Below are positions 25,321 through 38,519 of a stretch of DNA of 64,000 nucleotides, piece by piece. Position numbers and translations under genes: made by a program. The number at the start of each line of letters is the position of its first letter. Within the stretch, counting starts at the first letter, position 1. A model generated the notes under the pieces. It was not told the DNA's origin, did not search any database, and saw only the letters and a list, made by a program, of their open reading frames with translations. The DNA comes from Vicugna vicugna (lineage: Eukaryota), in assembly GCA_013265495.1 (NCBI GenBank), contig MU058636.1, forward strand, positions 4,127,741 to 4,191,740, in the 5' to 3' direction.

Positions 25321-26452
25321 TGTTTTGTCTCATTGGGAAAGTCACTTAATCTCTCTGGGCCTCACCGTCTCCTTCTGTAAATAATCTCCAGGGCCCCTTT
25401 CAGCACTCAGATCCTATGATTTATGAATGAAAGGGCTAAAAACACATGTTAAAGTATTTAGAGTAATGACAGGGTGCCAAAGAAGCTCTGAGGAATGGGT
25501 TAAGTTTTGTAAGGTGAGCTTTTAAAGCCTGAACCCAAATGGGCTTGAAGATTTTAGTTTTAATGGAGAGAACTTAAGAGAGTATACTAGGTTGGAGATG
25601 AGAAATATAGGCAAAGACACAAAATATTGTCCATATAATAAAGAAATAGCCAAACCACAGGGCACCAGCTGATGAGAGGGTTGGCACCAGGGAAGAGCAA
25701 GATAGAAACTCAGAGGGCTCAAGTGAGGCCTGTAAATTGAAGGTCTTAGATCCTAAGGTAGAGAACTTAGTCTTGATACAATGAGAAAGATTAAAAACAG
25801 AGTTCTAAGATTATTATTTGGACAACTATCTAGACCAGGCTACTGCTTTCTCACCACACCTCTCAATATCACTATTTTCAGAGCCACCTGACATCTGGGC
25901 AGAGCCTTCTGAGTTCTTATACAACAAAGGCCTATAGCCATCAGGTCATAAAGGACTTAGTCACAGCCTAAAATCAACTGAGCAGAAATACATAAAACTG
26001 TGATTGAAATAAAATTATAATTATAAATTATACAGAAGAGCTAATATCTATCCTTCCTAGGTAATTTGCCATTGCCAGACACTCATTCCCTCCTCCCATG
26101 TTAAGAAAATACAAGAATATGTAAACAACAGATGAAAGAAGAAAGAAGCAGTAGAGTTAACTGATTTTCAGGTTCTCTGACTTGAAACACAATCTACCTG
26201 GTTATTTGTAAGTGGCAGCTGGGGCATCATTTTCCTGGATTTAAGAAGTTTGAGATTCAGTTTTCCAAAGTCTCTCACCTCTTTTAAAATTGAAAAATGA
26301 AAAACAGAATAGCAATCTTCCATGCTGGCAGAGTAGAACTGGGGGCATAAGCATCCCCCCCCAAAAAAAAGATTTCCAAATTAAGATGTTTTAAAACACA
26401 AAGGATATAACAGGATCCCTAGCTACATCAGCAAGTGTTCCAAAGCACAAAC

Positions 26453-26850
26453 CTGAACAATTGTGACTTTCTTCAGTCTTTGCTATATCTTCAGAAGCAA
26501 TTTTGTTTAATTATTTTATGTCTTCTGAATCTGAAGATCATTAACTATCAGGATGCTAGCCATCAAAAGCAAACTCAAAAATAAACTAAATTTGGAAATT
26601 CTTTGGAAAAATACCTAGGGCCTAGGATATGTACTGTTGCTCTCATTTTGAGAAAGGTCTTTGTAAGTTTTTCTTTATCTTAAGGAATGAAGTGAATCTC
26701 ATCTCAGCTTTGCAGACAGTCCAGAGTATACTTAACTCATGGTAACATCTCAAAGCAAAGGAAAAGGCAAGTCACCTTAAGGTTTCAAAGAACCTAGAGA
26801 GATTTTGGTGTGAAAATGGAAGATAAACGACAGGAATTTTTGTCTGAACA
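26453..26850 (-). pseudogene. Pseudo-exon, AAA1 core
   Basis: Single frame with stops: SLGSLKP*GDLPFPLL..*RKTYKDLSQ..ILIVNDLQ..LLLKI*QRL (cf. YLG.., GKTETVKDLAK, LLSALGQRL); donor CAG|gtttgt. Confidence 0.55.
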
Positions 26851-27156
26851 CACATCTGAATTGTTTGGAGCACTGTTTTGATACTTTGAAAATATTTATG
26901 ATGTGGGTGGTACAAAAACAATCATTTTATCAGGGTTAAAGTAGGGACAGTTGCTCTAAGCATAACTGCTTTGTGCCACTGAAAAATGGAGGTGCATGGC
27001 AAAAACACTGAGATAAGGGAACTTCTGTTTAAAGAATTCTGCTTTTCATTCCATCCTCTGTATCATCTGTAAAATAATCTTTTTTAAAAAGTTACAATCA
27101 GAGCATGCCCCTCCTGCTCTTGCTAAAAATGTTCAGTGATTTCCTATTACCTACAC

Positions 27157-27500
27157 CTAATCTCTCTCCAGAACCTTCGATTTCCCCGCTTCAGTTATAA
27201 TCACCACAACAATCCTTTTACTCCTGTGGCATAAAGTGAGGATTACTCCTAATTTCACAAGTCCTTCAGTTATTATATCTAAGTGGTCCTCTAGATTGAA
27301 ACACCATGAATGCAGTGGAAACCATGGCAACACACTGATTTGAAAAAAAAAATACACGCTTACTTTTCTATTTTGTCATCCTTTAGGAAAGCTATCGCTT
27401 TTGGTCTGATGAACCCGCTCATTTTCACTGGAAGCATCCCCCTCTTTTTGTAAGCTTGCTCAGCAACTGCAACAGTTAACTGTCCTGATCGCTGTATTCC
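27157..27500 (-). pseudogene. Pseudo-exon remnant, linker C-terminal part
   Basis: QCVAMVS / SWCFNLEDHL..VKLGVIL (cf. QCVLVAEEVVW..EMEEAL..RKLEVL). Confidence 0.5.
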
Positions 27501-28844
27501 TAAAGTCTCTGAGCTTCTACTACAACAGCTGAGTGTGACTAATTATGCCAGAGTATGTTGGTTCCTCCAGTGTACTCTGTGATCTGTGAGACCTGTTTTA
27601 TACAGCTTTGTGTCTTCAGTGCCTGAAATATAGTCTGTATTTAACAAATGTCTGTTAAAAAAAAAAGGAATTAATAAAACAATGGTGAATCCTTTTATAA
27701 AATGAAGAGCTCTTTTTGTGATGCAAATAAACACGTCCTGACCCATTTGGTTTACAAGTTTGGCATCTGTCTGCTAGGTTTCTGTTATTTTTGGTACAAC
27801 ATATGTCATGTGGCTTCAGAGAGTGCATGAGGAAAAACTGCTCAGGCATTCCCACACTTGATACAGTGATTCATCTACTGGATTGTCAACAATGACTAAG
27901 GAAAGTGGTGGGGAAAGAAAAAGTAAGAAAATCTCAGGTTTCAATCTATTTTGTTACTAATTTTCAACCACTGTGGGTTTTCTTTTATTTTTCATTGTTG
28001 TTTTCCTTTTTCAAAAAAACCAGATTGGAAAAATATGAAATAAAATTGTCTGGTGTGAGTCTCCTTCCCCAAGCCTAGAAGAGGTAACATGACCCAGAGG
28101 CTGGCAGCACTCTGGGGAAGGAAGTCCTTGCTCAGCCATTCGAGTGCCGGCCGTCAAATCCTCTCGAGGTGTTCTCTTCAGTGGTCTGGATTCAGCTGAC
28201 AACTCCTGAAGAAACACCTCATCTTCCCTCCTCCTAGGAGGACTCCTTTGATGAACAAATCAGTGCCAAGGTTCCCAGTTTGAACAAATCTGTATTTTGT
28301 TTGTTGTTATTTTGCTTTGTAAACATTCTTCAGCATCTCATGCATCTGTGCAAGACTCCTCATTATAATGAAATCTTCCTCAGGGACACGTGTACGTGCT
28401 CTGTTCATTTGATACCCTCTTTTCACACCCAAAGGCACTCAGCACAGGATTCCTCTAATGTAGACAGATAAGTATGTACATCTGTAGGGCATATTTGCCA
28501 TGTCCTCAACTTTCTCATCCCCTAACCCCCAGAAAAGTGACATATGGAATATTTAATTCAGATGATTTCTTTTTTTCATTTAGAACACGTTGTAATATCT
28601 CTTAAAATTAACTGGAAGTCCCAAACTGCCAAAAATAAAATCCATGATGTTGTGTCTCAAAACCAGGAGAGAACAAACGTGTGAAATCAGGAAGCCTGAG
28701 TAATAATAGTACTCTGCCACTGCACTGTCATAGAATTGACGGAGAGATTATTTAAGTAGAACGGAAGTACGCTTTGGAAAGAGCAAGCCACTACCTTTGA
28801 AGTGTCCTCATTTCCTTTCGTGTGTTGTACAGGACACACGTACT

Positions 28845-29364
28845 CAGAGGCGTGCTGGCAAACTGGCTCTCCAGACGAAAAAGACACCAATGTGTACCAT
28901 TCACTGATGTCTGTGGTGTAAAAACTCCCACCATCACTGATTTCAAGCTATCAATGGATTGATGACCAGTCTGCAAAATTATTGACTATTTAACAATTGG
29001 TTCTTTTTTTTTTATTATTATTGAGGTACAGTCAGTTTACAACGTTGTGTCAATTTCTGGTATACAGCACAATTCTTCAGTCATACATGAATACACATAT
29101 ATTCATTTTCACATTGTTTTTCACCATAAGCTACTACAGGATATTAAATATATTTCCCTGTGACATATAGGATAAACTTGTTTATCTGTTTTATATATAC
29201 CAGTCAGTATCTGCAAATCTCAAACTCCCAGTTTATCCCTTCCCTTTCCCCTCCCCCCTGGCAACCACAAGTCTGTGTTCTATGTCTGTGAGTCTATTTC
29301 TGTTTTATATATAAGTTCATTCAACAATTGGTTCTTAACACAGGCCGACTTCAGCCCACTACTG
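28845..29364 (-). mobile_element. MER63 (hAT-Blackjack) DNA transposon, interrupted by L1
   Basis: TIR-like ends cagaggcgtgctgg / cagcccactactg; internal gtggtgtaaaaactcccaccatc..atttcaagcta; degenerate TSD cgtactc/catattc. Confidence 0.7.
29006..29322 (-). mobile_element. LINE-1 3'UTR fragment nested in MER63
   Basis: Poly-T plus L1 3'UTR; TSD aacaattggttctt at 28992-29005 and 29323-29336. Confidence 0.9.
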
Positions 29365-29939
29365 CATATTCCTGGACTCAGGTCAAATTTTAGATTAGGT
29401 CATTGTAAAAGAACACGCTAATTCCTAAATAGGCTGTTTTCAACGTGAGAAAGTGAAGATGAGTCCTAACCCTCACATAAGTCCTTCTATTGTTAGATCT
29501 ATTTGATCTTCTAGGTTTGGATACCACAAATGCAGGGGACGCCTGACAATAAAAATTAATACATTGTTTTTAAAATATTTGCTTATCTTCCTATTTTGCA
29601 GCAGCTAACAAAATAAGATTTTTGTAGCTACCCAATTATAACTCTGTGGCTGCAGGAATCTCTTCCCAGCTAATTATTTTGTATCCTAAGTTAAATACAG
29701 AAAAAAAATGATAGCTATTATTATTATAGCTAATGCTTAATGAATGCTTATGATGTGCCAGGCACTTGATGTGTATTAATTCATCTATTCCTCACAACCA
29801 CCTCATGCAGATGTGTAATTATTATTCCCCATGACACACAGCAGGAAATGGACGCTCAGTGTACAGCAGCCAAAGGGACTGGGATGCAATCCTAGGCAGC
29901 TTGGTGTCAGCTGGGGCTCTTAACCATTAAAGGTTAGTA

Positions 29940-30212
29940 GCTCCCCTTTCTTCAACATCTTTAAAACTATTCTCCCCGTAGGAATAGCTAGATGCATTTA
30001 TCACAACGTGGTTATGTTCCAGATCCTCCCTTGGCTTTGCAGCAGGAAGCCGACTTGAAAAATTCTACTCATTAAGAGAGGAAGCTAGTAAGTTTCTATT
30101 AATGGCTCAGATATGTTCACTTTATCATCTAATCTTGATTTGGACTATTTTTTCCACATAGTAATTGCAGATTCCCCTGTGCTGAATATGTAGCAGGGTA
30201 GAGTGTTTTTCT
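29940..30212 (-). pseudogene. Pseudo-exon, linker N-terminal part
   Basis: Strong acceptor ttatttccttgattttag; LLMSRIFQVGFLLQSQGRIWNITTL**MHLAIP (cf. LLEVWLTFQQKWIFLNKVL.EMKIQFP). Confidence 0.5.
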
Positions 30213-30947
30213 CTAAAATCAAGGAAATAAACAGAATGACACAACCCTACAGCATAAACTATCTGTATAATGCCTCTGTATCTCACCCTGAGTATAAGGT
30301 TTTTGTTACTTATATTTTGATTTTCGTATTATTGTGAATTTCTTGCAAATTGAATTTTACACATTTTTCTTTAGCTACACCAAGACCAAGAGAAGAAGAA
30401 AGTAAACATTAAGTGTTCAGGAAATTGGGAAGGAGGATCATGGTTGAGATCTAGGGGGAAAGTCTGGTTCTTAATGAATCGTGCTTTACAGAGTAGAGGT
30501 GCAGAGGAGTGTGGGTTAGAGATAACTCTTACAACAGAGCAAAAGTTACGAAAGGCTGGGCTGCAGTTCTGTTCTCCCATGGAAACAATTGAGAGAAACT
30601 AATTAAACATTCTATGTAAGAGACATTAACTTTTATTAACTGCTACAGGGGAAGAATTCTACTGTGCAAAGCTGTTTATTGCCCTGGTATCCCACGCCCT
30701 GTTTGGAACTTCCCTGTGTAAAAATGGAAGGAGTTGGGAAGGCTGAGGCTCAAGGAGGCCCATAGGAGGCTCCAACCCCCTGCAAATTTCAGGAAGAAAA
30801 AATAAGAGAAGGGAGCTGGGGATAGGAGGAAGGGGAAGGCAAAGAAGAAAGAAAAAGTTTTTTTTAATAGTTTTAGGAAATCAGTTTCTTTATAGATCTT
30901 ATTCTGTACTGTATTCAAGAGATCTTAGGAAAATTTTTAGTCTCCTA

Positions 30948-31181
30948 CGGTAAACAGAGTGAAAGATGAGATCTTCTCGAAAGACAACACGTTCTGAGGA
31001 AAGGAAAGGAATCATCCCCTGCTAGAACACTACTCCTGTGACAGTCTCGGGAAGAGCACTGCAGGTCTCTCAGCCTCTCTTGTTTAAGGCCAGCTGCTCT
31101 TGAACAAGGGAAGAACAGGCACACGGAATAACTCCGTAACAACTTCTCAGTCTTGACACAAAGAAGTTCTTTATTAATGCA
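30948..31181 (-). pseudogene. Pseudo-exon, tail/linker junction
   Basis: Acceptor ttcatttcag; NKELLCVKTEKLLRSY / PVLPLFK (cf. F...LPLL..L). Confidence 0.4.
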
Positions 31182-32399
31182 CTGAAATGAATTCTAACTT
31201 TAGTAATTCAAATGCCTTTATCGCAACAAACATTTACGGACTGGGAATATAGTTGCTCCTCAAAGACAAACACCTGACCAAGTGAATAGGCTCTGTAATT
31301 TGAAAGCAGGAAAAGAAGCAACTCAGAGACACAGGGAACAAATTGGCAGTCACCAGTGGGGAGAGGGAAGTGGGAGGGGCAAGACAGAGGTAGGAGAAAA
31401 ATTGTTATTAAGGGATTATATGAAATAGTGTGTGAAACTTCTGAAAATCGTAAAGCACTATAGAATTTAAAGAATCCTTCCTCAAAAAAATTTTAAAAAG
31501 GAGATTTGTACTCTGAAATTATTTTGTGGTATGATCAAAAGAGATGCATCCTTGAATGGACTCCATGCGTGTTTCACTACAGTAGGCATGGTTAAAGAAA
31601 AAACCTGAAAGTTATCTGTGAAAGACTGTACATCCAACTGTCACGGCCAAGGTGATGGCAGCCAAAAGTGATGTAATTGAATTTAACAGATGGACATCTG
31701 CTTTAGAGGTTATTCTCACAGTCATCCTGTTTCATATCAAGTGACTCAGGCATAGAAGAAATGCAGAATAAATATTCTAACCCCAAGGGTATAAGCGTTC
31801 TAGCCTCACAACCTTCAGAATAAGTGACACTGATCAGGACACATGCTTCTCTGAGTCTCAGTTTCCTTGTTTGCTAACAAAACAAAGTATGATTTGGTTA
31901 TGAACATGAGCTTTGAGGGCAGACACAGCTGAAGTCTGGCTTATGATATACTAATGATTTAAATACAGATTCGTTATCTAACTGAATTCTTTTTAAATAT
32001 ATTTTTTAATGAATTGTTTTTACTTTTGCTTGTAAGCTGTGAAATGAGAATTATAAAACTGCAAACCTCATAGAGTTGTTAGATTTAAGTAATTTAATCT
32101 ATTTGAAGCACTCAGACTCAATTCCTGGACAAACTGCCCATAAGTGTTATTGTTATTATTACTAACTCGAGTTTTTAGTGTATTGTCACAATATCTAAAG
32201 ATTGGCTATAATAATAATAATAACAACAACAAAATACAAAAATAAACACTCATTAGAGGTGATCAATAGCAAGAGCCTGGGTAGTTACTGAGGCTATTTT
32301 TCCTTACCCATCCCATTTATAAAATGTTGGCATCAAATGGTCTTAACCAAGTAACCTCAAGGCTAACATACACATATGCTCATGCACTTAAGGAGAAGA

Positions 32400-32780
32400 G
32401 GCAGCTTGTGGTGGGCCTTTCTAGTGCTCACCATTCTGAGCTCTTCTTTACTCCTTGGACTACATGTCTCTATATGAAGACTATTTCCAGCTACCTACCA
32501 GTTAGGTGGGGACATGTGACTTGTTCTATCCAATGACAGGAGAGTAGAAATATGTTGTCACTTTGGTTAGAGGCAGACTGTCTGGGTCTGTCTCCCTCAC
32601 GCTGGATGATGGAAACGGAGGATCTAAGCAGCTTGGATCAGTGAATCACTGCATGGGAACAGCTGACGTGGAGTCAGCCACACCCAGGGTGAACTTTGTA
32701 TGAGTGAAAACTTCTATTGTGTAAGGCACTGACATAATGGGGCTGTTTGTTACAGCTGCATGGCCTAGCCAGTCCTCATT
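32400..32780. mobile_element. MLT1 (ERVL-MaLR) LTR
   Basis: gttaggtggggacatgtgactt..ttctattgtgtaaggcactga..tgtttgttacagc. Confidence 0.7.
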
Positions 32781-33298
32781 AATATATTATAAAGCTCAAA
32801 GGGGTTACTTTTTTTTCATACCTTAAATTCAGAGCATTAAGTAGTTACAGAAGACAAGGTTCACCAAGTACTGGAAAGCTTGGACTAAAACCCTCTTCCT
32901 TGATTTCCTTCTACTGTATTGCTCTGTGTATTGCTATTCTAGACTCCCAAACCTAATTTGCAGGACTATTGTAAAGAAAACAGGCAAGGTAAGCAAAGTG
33001 CCTAGCACAAGACCTATCCCATGGTCCTTAAATTAAAAAATAGTAACTAATGTTTAAATTACCTATTTTTAAAAATCTATTTTAGATTGTCCATGCTTTT
33101 GCCTGTGCCAAATATGATGATTAATGACCTTTAATTCTGAACCACCATTAAACTAGGAATTGATAATCTATCTCAATTTTGGAGCAATTACATATTTATA
33201 GCTTAGATTGCTGGCAAGGAATCTATACTTCACTCCATTTGTATCTATTTAACACAAATAGATTCCATTTTTCAAACAATGACAGAAAATTCACTCAC

Positions 33299-33503
33299 AT
33301 TTTATGCCTCTAGAAACTGTGAGAATTTATAAAAGCAGAAGCCAAATTCCTGGGAATTCTTTTATCATCATCCCTTCCTGGTCTTATTCCTCTATCCATG
33401 CATCTCCTCTAATACTCCATATCCTCACAGGTGCCCTTTTTCTTGTTCCTCTTGTCTTTCAAAAGAAGCATTATCACATCACTGTAAATTCCTTCTGGCA
33501 TAC
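33299..33503 (-). pseudogene. Pseudo-exon, tail
   Basis: Acceptor ttattgtag and donor AAT|gtgagt; QEKGHL*GYGVLEEMHG*RN (stops at positions where W is expected). Confidence 0.35.
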
Positions 33504-34659
33504 CTACAATAACTAACATCTGGTGCCGGCATAATTCAAGGACATCAGAAGGCATTCAAGCTATTAATAGAAAATAGTACCTTCAGTTTAGAAGGGGCCT
33601 TAGAAGCTATCCAATTCAGAGTCCTAAATTCTCATCCAAACAAATGCCTCAAAATTGCCTGTGGTGCTTCTAAAAAATGTGGATTCTTAACCACCCCTTC
33701 CCAACCAAGTTTCAGTTCCTATTTGGTTTTGGAATCACCTTTACAAACCTCTCTGAAAGATTTTTTGCACTATCTTATAAATATTATTCTCAATGTGACA
33801 CTATTACCCATTTTATTAGCTATTTGTTCCTTTATCTACAGCTTCACATCATCTATCGAGATGATAAAAAAAAAGAGCGTTCAATTTTATTCCTAAAATG
33901 TTGAACTGGAGAGGGACCCCCACCCCTGACACAATCAAAGACACAGAGAGATATTATTATGCCATAGAGATGTCCCTACAGATTTTCACTGGTAATGCTT
34001 ATTGAGTAAATAATACTTGTTATGCAAACAACATTTTTCACTTTTAATAGTCACTAAGTCCTACTTTTGAAATTGATAGTAGCCATGTGTTAAAATTAAG
34101 GTCAATGCTAAGGCATTTTTCAAAATTTTATTACAACTGTTTTTTAAAACTGAAAGAATCCTCCAAAGTTGAATTATACGTAGTTCCTTAGAAATTCAAC
34201 AGAAGCAAGTAGGCTAAAGTGAAAATATTTACTGCAGCCTTATTCATAACAGCACCAAACTAGAAACAAACCAAGTGTCATTAACAGGAGAATAAATAAG
34301 CAAATTGTCATATATTCAAACACTGGAATACTATTCAGGCCAGGATAGTACTGGAACTAATGGTATATGCAAGGACATGGCTAAATCTCAAAAGCATATG
34401 TGGGTGATGTAAGCCTAACTCCATTTGTATCACTTCTAAGAAGAGGTAAAATAACTTCTGGGGATAGAAGCAAAGAAGTTTTGCCTTGGTATGAGAAAGA
34501 TTATATGGAAGGAGGCCCGAGACACTTTTCTTGGATAATGGGAAAATTCTGCATCTTGATTTTGGATAGACTTACATAAGGATGAACATTTCTTAACACT
34601 CACTGAACTAGACACTAAAGATCTGTATGCTGTATGTAAATTACACCTCAACAACAACA

Positions 34660-37600
34660 ATATAATACATTCATTAATATATATGCACCCAATATAGGAG
34701 CACCTAAGTACATAAAACAGTTACTAACAGAGATAAAGGGGGATATTGATGGGAATACAATCAAAGTCGTAGATTTTAACACCGCATTAACATCACTAGA
34801 CAGATATTCCAGACAGAAAATAAATAAGGCAACAGAGAAACTAAGTAATACAATAGAAAAATTAGACTTGGTGGATATTTTCAGAGCATTACACCCCCCC
34901 CAAAATAGGATATATATTCTTTTCAAGTGCACATGGAACATTTTCTAGGATTGATCATGTACTTGGGCACAAAGGAAGCCTCAACAATTTTAAGAAGATA
35001 GAAATTATCTCAAGCATCTTTACTGACCACAATGCCATGAAACTAGAAATCAACTACAGAGAAACAAAGGAGAAAAAAAGGAAAGCATGGAGATTAAACA
35101 ACATGCTATTAAAATACCAATGGGTCAATGATCAAATCAAAGTTGAAATTAAAAAATACCTTGACACAAATGAAAACACAACCACACAAAATTTATGGGA
35201 CACAGCAAAGGCAGTGCTAAGAGGGAAGTTTATAGCGATACAGGCCTTCCTCAAAAAAGAAGAACAATCTCAAATAAACAATCTAACCCACCAGCTAAAA
35301 GTATTAGAAAAAGAAGAGCAAAAACACCCAAAAGTCAGCAGAAGAAAGGAAATAATAAAGATCAGGGAGTAAATAAGTAAAATAGAGCTTAAAAAAACCA
35401 TAGAAAACAATCAATCAAATCAAAAGCTGGTTTTTTGAAAAAGTAAGTAAAATCAACAAACTTCTGGCCAAACTCACAAAGAAGAAAAGAGAGCACAAAT
35501 AAGCAAAATAAGAAAGGAAAATGGAGAAATTACAACAAATAACATAGAAATACAGAATATTATATGAGAATATTATGAAAAACTATATGGAATCAAAACA
35601 GATAACCTAGAGGAGATGGACAAATTTCTGGAAATATACAGTCCACCAAGACTGAACCAAGAAGAAACTGACCACTTGAACAAACTGATCACTAGAAATG
35701 AAATTGAATTAGCAATAAAAAACCTCCCTACAAATATAAGTCCAGGACCAGATGGCTTCACTGGGGAATTCTATCAAACATACAAAGAAGAACTCCTACC
35801 AGTCCTTCTCAAACTCTTCCAGAAGACTGAAAAGGAGGGAATACTCCCAAACTCATTCTATGAAGCCACCATCACCCTGATACCAAAACCAGGCAAAGAC
35901 ATTACCAAAAAAGAGAATTATAGGCCAATATCGCTGATGAACACAGATGCAAAAATCCTCACCAAAATATAAGCAAATAGAATCCAACAACACATAAAAA
36001 AGACTATACATCATGACCAAGTGGGATTCATCCCAGGGACACAAGGGTGGTTCAACATACGCAAATCAATCAATGTAATACATCACATCAACAAGAGAAA
36101 GGACAAAAACCACATGATCATCTCAACAGATGCAGAAAAAGCATTTGATAAAGTTCAACACCCATTTATGATAAAAACTCTCACCCAAGTGGGTTCAGAG
36201 GGAACATATCTCAACATAATAAAAGCTATATATGACAAACCTATAGCCAGCATAGTACTCAAAGGTGAAAAACTCAAAAGGTTCCTACTAAAATCTGGGA
36301 CAACACAAGGATGCCCACTATCACCACTCCCATTCAACACAGTCTTGGAAGCCCTAGCCACAGCAGTCAAGCAAGAGAGAGAAATAAAAGGGATCCAAAT
36401 TGGAAAAGAAGAGGTAAAAGTGTCAGTATATGCCAACGACATGTTACTATACACAGAAAACCCTAAAAGGTCCACACTAAAACTACTAGAAATAATTGAA
36501 GAATTCAGCAAGGTAGCAGGTTACAAGATTAACGTTCAAAAATCAGTTGCATTTCTTTACATTAATGATGAATCAACAGAAAAAGAAAGTAAAGAAACAA
36601 TCCCCTTTAAAATAGCACCCAAAGTAATAAAATACCTAGGAATAAATCTAACCAAGGAAGTGAAAGAATTATACACAGAAAACTATAAACCATTGATGAA
36701 GGAAATCAAAGAAGACTTTAAAAATGGAAAGATATCCCATGCTCTTGGATTGGAAGAATCAATATTGTTAAAATGGTCACACTGCCCAAGGCACTCTACA
36801 GATTTAATGCAATCCCTATCAAATTACCCAGGACATATTTCACAGAAGTAGAACAAATCATAATAAAATTTATATGGAACCACAAAAGACCTAGAATTGC
36901 CAGAGCATTACTGAAGAAAAAGAAAGAGGCTGGAGGAATAACTCTCCCAGACTTCAGACAGTACTACAGAGCTACAGTCATCAAGACAGCATGGTATTGG
37001 TACAAAAACAGACATATAGACCAATGGAACAGAACAGAGAGCCCAGAAATGAACCCACAAACTTTGGGTCAACTAATCTTCGACAAAGGAGGCAAGAATA
37101 TACAATGGAATAAACACTTCAGCAAATGGTGTTGGGAAAACTGGACAGAAGCATGTAAATCAATGAAGCTAGAACACTCCTTTACACTATACACAAAAAT
37201 AAACTCAAAATGGATCAAAGACTTAAACATAAGACAAGATACAATAAACCTCCTAGAAGAAAACATAGGCAAAACATCATCTGACATACATCTCAATAAT
37301 GTTCTCCTAGGACAGTCTACCCAAGCAATAGAAATAAAAGCAAGAATAAACAAATGGGATCTAATTAAACTTGCAAGCTTCTGCACAGGAAAGGAAACCA
37401 TAAGTAAAACAATAAGACAGCCTATGGAATGGGAGAAAATTTTCGCAAATGAAACCAACAAAGGCTCGATCTCCAGAATATATAAGCAGCTCATATGACT
37501 TAATAAGAAAAAAACAAACAACCCAATCCAAAAATGGGCAGAAGACCTAAACAAGCAATTCTCCAAGGAAGAAATACAAATGATCGATAGGCCTATGAAA

Positions 37601-38443
37601 AAAATGTTCAATATCATTAATTATCAGAGAAATGCAAATCAAAACTACAATAAGGTATATCACCTCACACCAGTCAGAATGGCCGTCATTCAAAAATCCA
37701 CTAATGACAAATGCTGGAGAGGCTGTGGAAAAAAGGGAACCCTCCTACACTGCTGGTGGGAATGCAGTTTGGTGCAGCCACTGTGGAAAACAGTGTGGAG
37801 ATTCCTCAAAAGACTAGGAATAGACTTACCATATGACCCAGGAATCCCACTCCTGGGCATATGTCCAGAAGGAACCCTACTTCAGGATAACACCTGCACC
37901 CCAATGTTCATAGCAGCACTATTTACAATAGCCAATACATGGAAACAGCCTAAATGTCCATCAACAGATGACTGGATAAAGAAGAAGTGGTATATTTATA
38001 CAATGGAACACTATTCAGCCAAAAAAACCAACAACATAACGCCATTTGCAGCAACATGGGTGTTCCTGGAGAATGTCATTCTAAGTGAAGTAAGTCAGAA
38101 GGAGAAAGAAAAATACCATATGAGATCGCTCATATGTGGAATCTAAAAAAAAAAAAAAACATAAATACAAACAGAAACAGACTCATAAACATAGAATACA
38201 AACTTGTGGTTGCCAAGGGGGCGGGGGATGGGAAGGGACAGACTGGGATTTCAAAATGTAGAACAGATAAACAAGATTATACTGTATAGCACAGGGAAAT
38301 ATATACAAGAGCTTATGGTAGCTCACAGAGGAAAAAGTGTGACAATGAATATACACATGTTCATGTATAACTGAAAAATTGTGCTCTACACTGGAATTTG
38401 ACACAGCATTGTAAAATGATTATAACTCAATAAAAAACGTCAA
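34660..38443 (+). mobile_element. Relatively young 5'-truncated LINE-1 (~3.8 kb; partial EN, RT, C-domain, 3'UTR), ORF2 disrupted
   Basis: ORFs 35037-38146 translate to L1 ORF2 ([25 protein letters not shown]); low-complexity TSD aacaacaaca; inserted in the tail of an older L1M 3' end (~34220-34650). Confidence 0.97.
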
Positions 38444-38519
38444 AACAACAACAGCAGCAGCAGCAAATACAGTAGTACATGCAAATTTGAAAAGCCTGTT
38501 TTTGTGAGTTCAGTTTTGT

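Larger units (their letters stand above)
28050..29685 (-). pseudogene. Pseudo-exon, linker, interrupted by MER63+L1
   Basis: Acceptor at 29685 (tttctgtatttaacttag); YKNLILLAAA..IEGLM*GLGLIF..VFFYNDLI*NL [MER63] ..VVACSFQSV, later EDEVFLQ / LNPD (cf. YRTLM, LEGIIMSLESVL, LFFLSD.EL, RCFP.V, GEEV.L). Confidence 0.55.

Noticed and set aside
34064..34215. Candidate tail exon STLEDSFSFKKQL**N
   Set aside because: Short, AT-rich and truncated by L1; chance similarity cannot be excluded
35037..38146. Long ORFs up to 276 aa as a host gene
   Set aside because: They are fragments of LINE-1 ORF2
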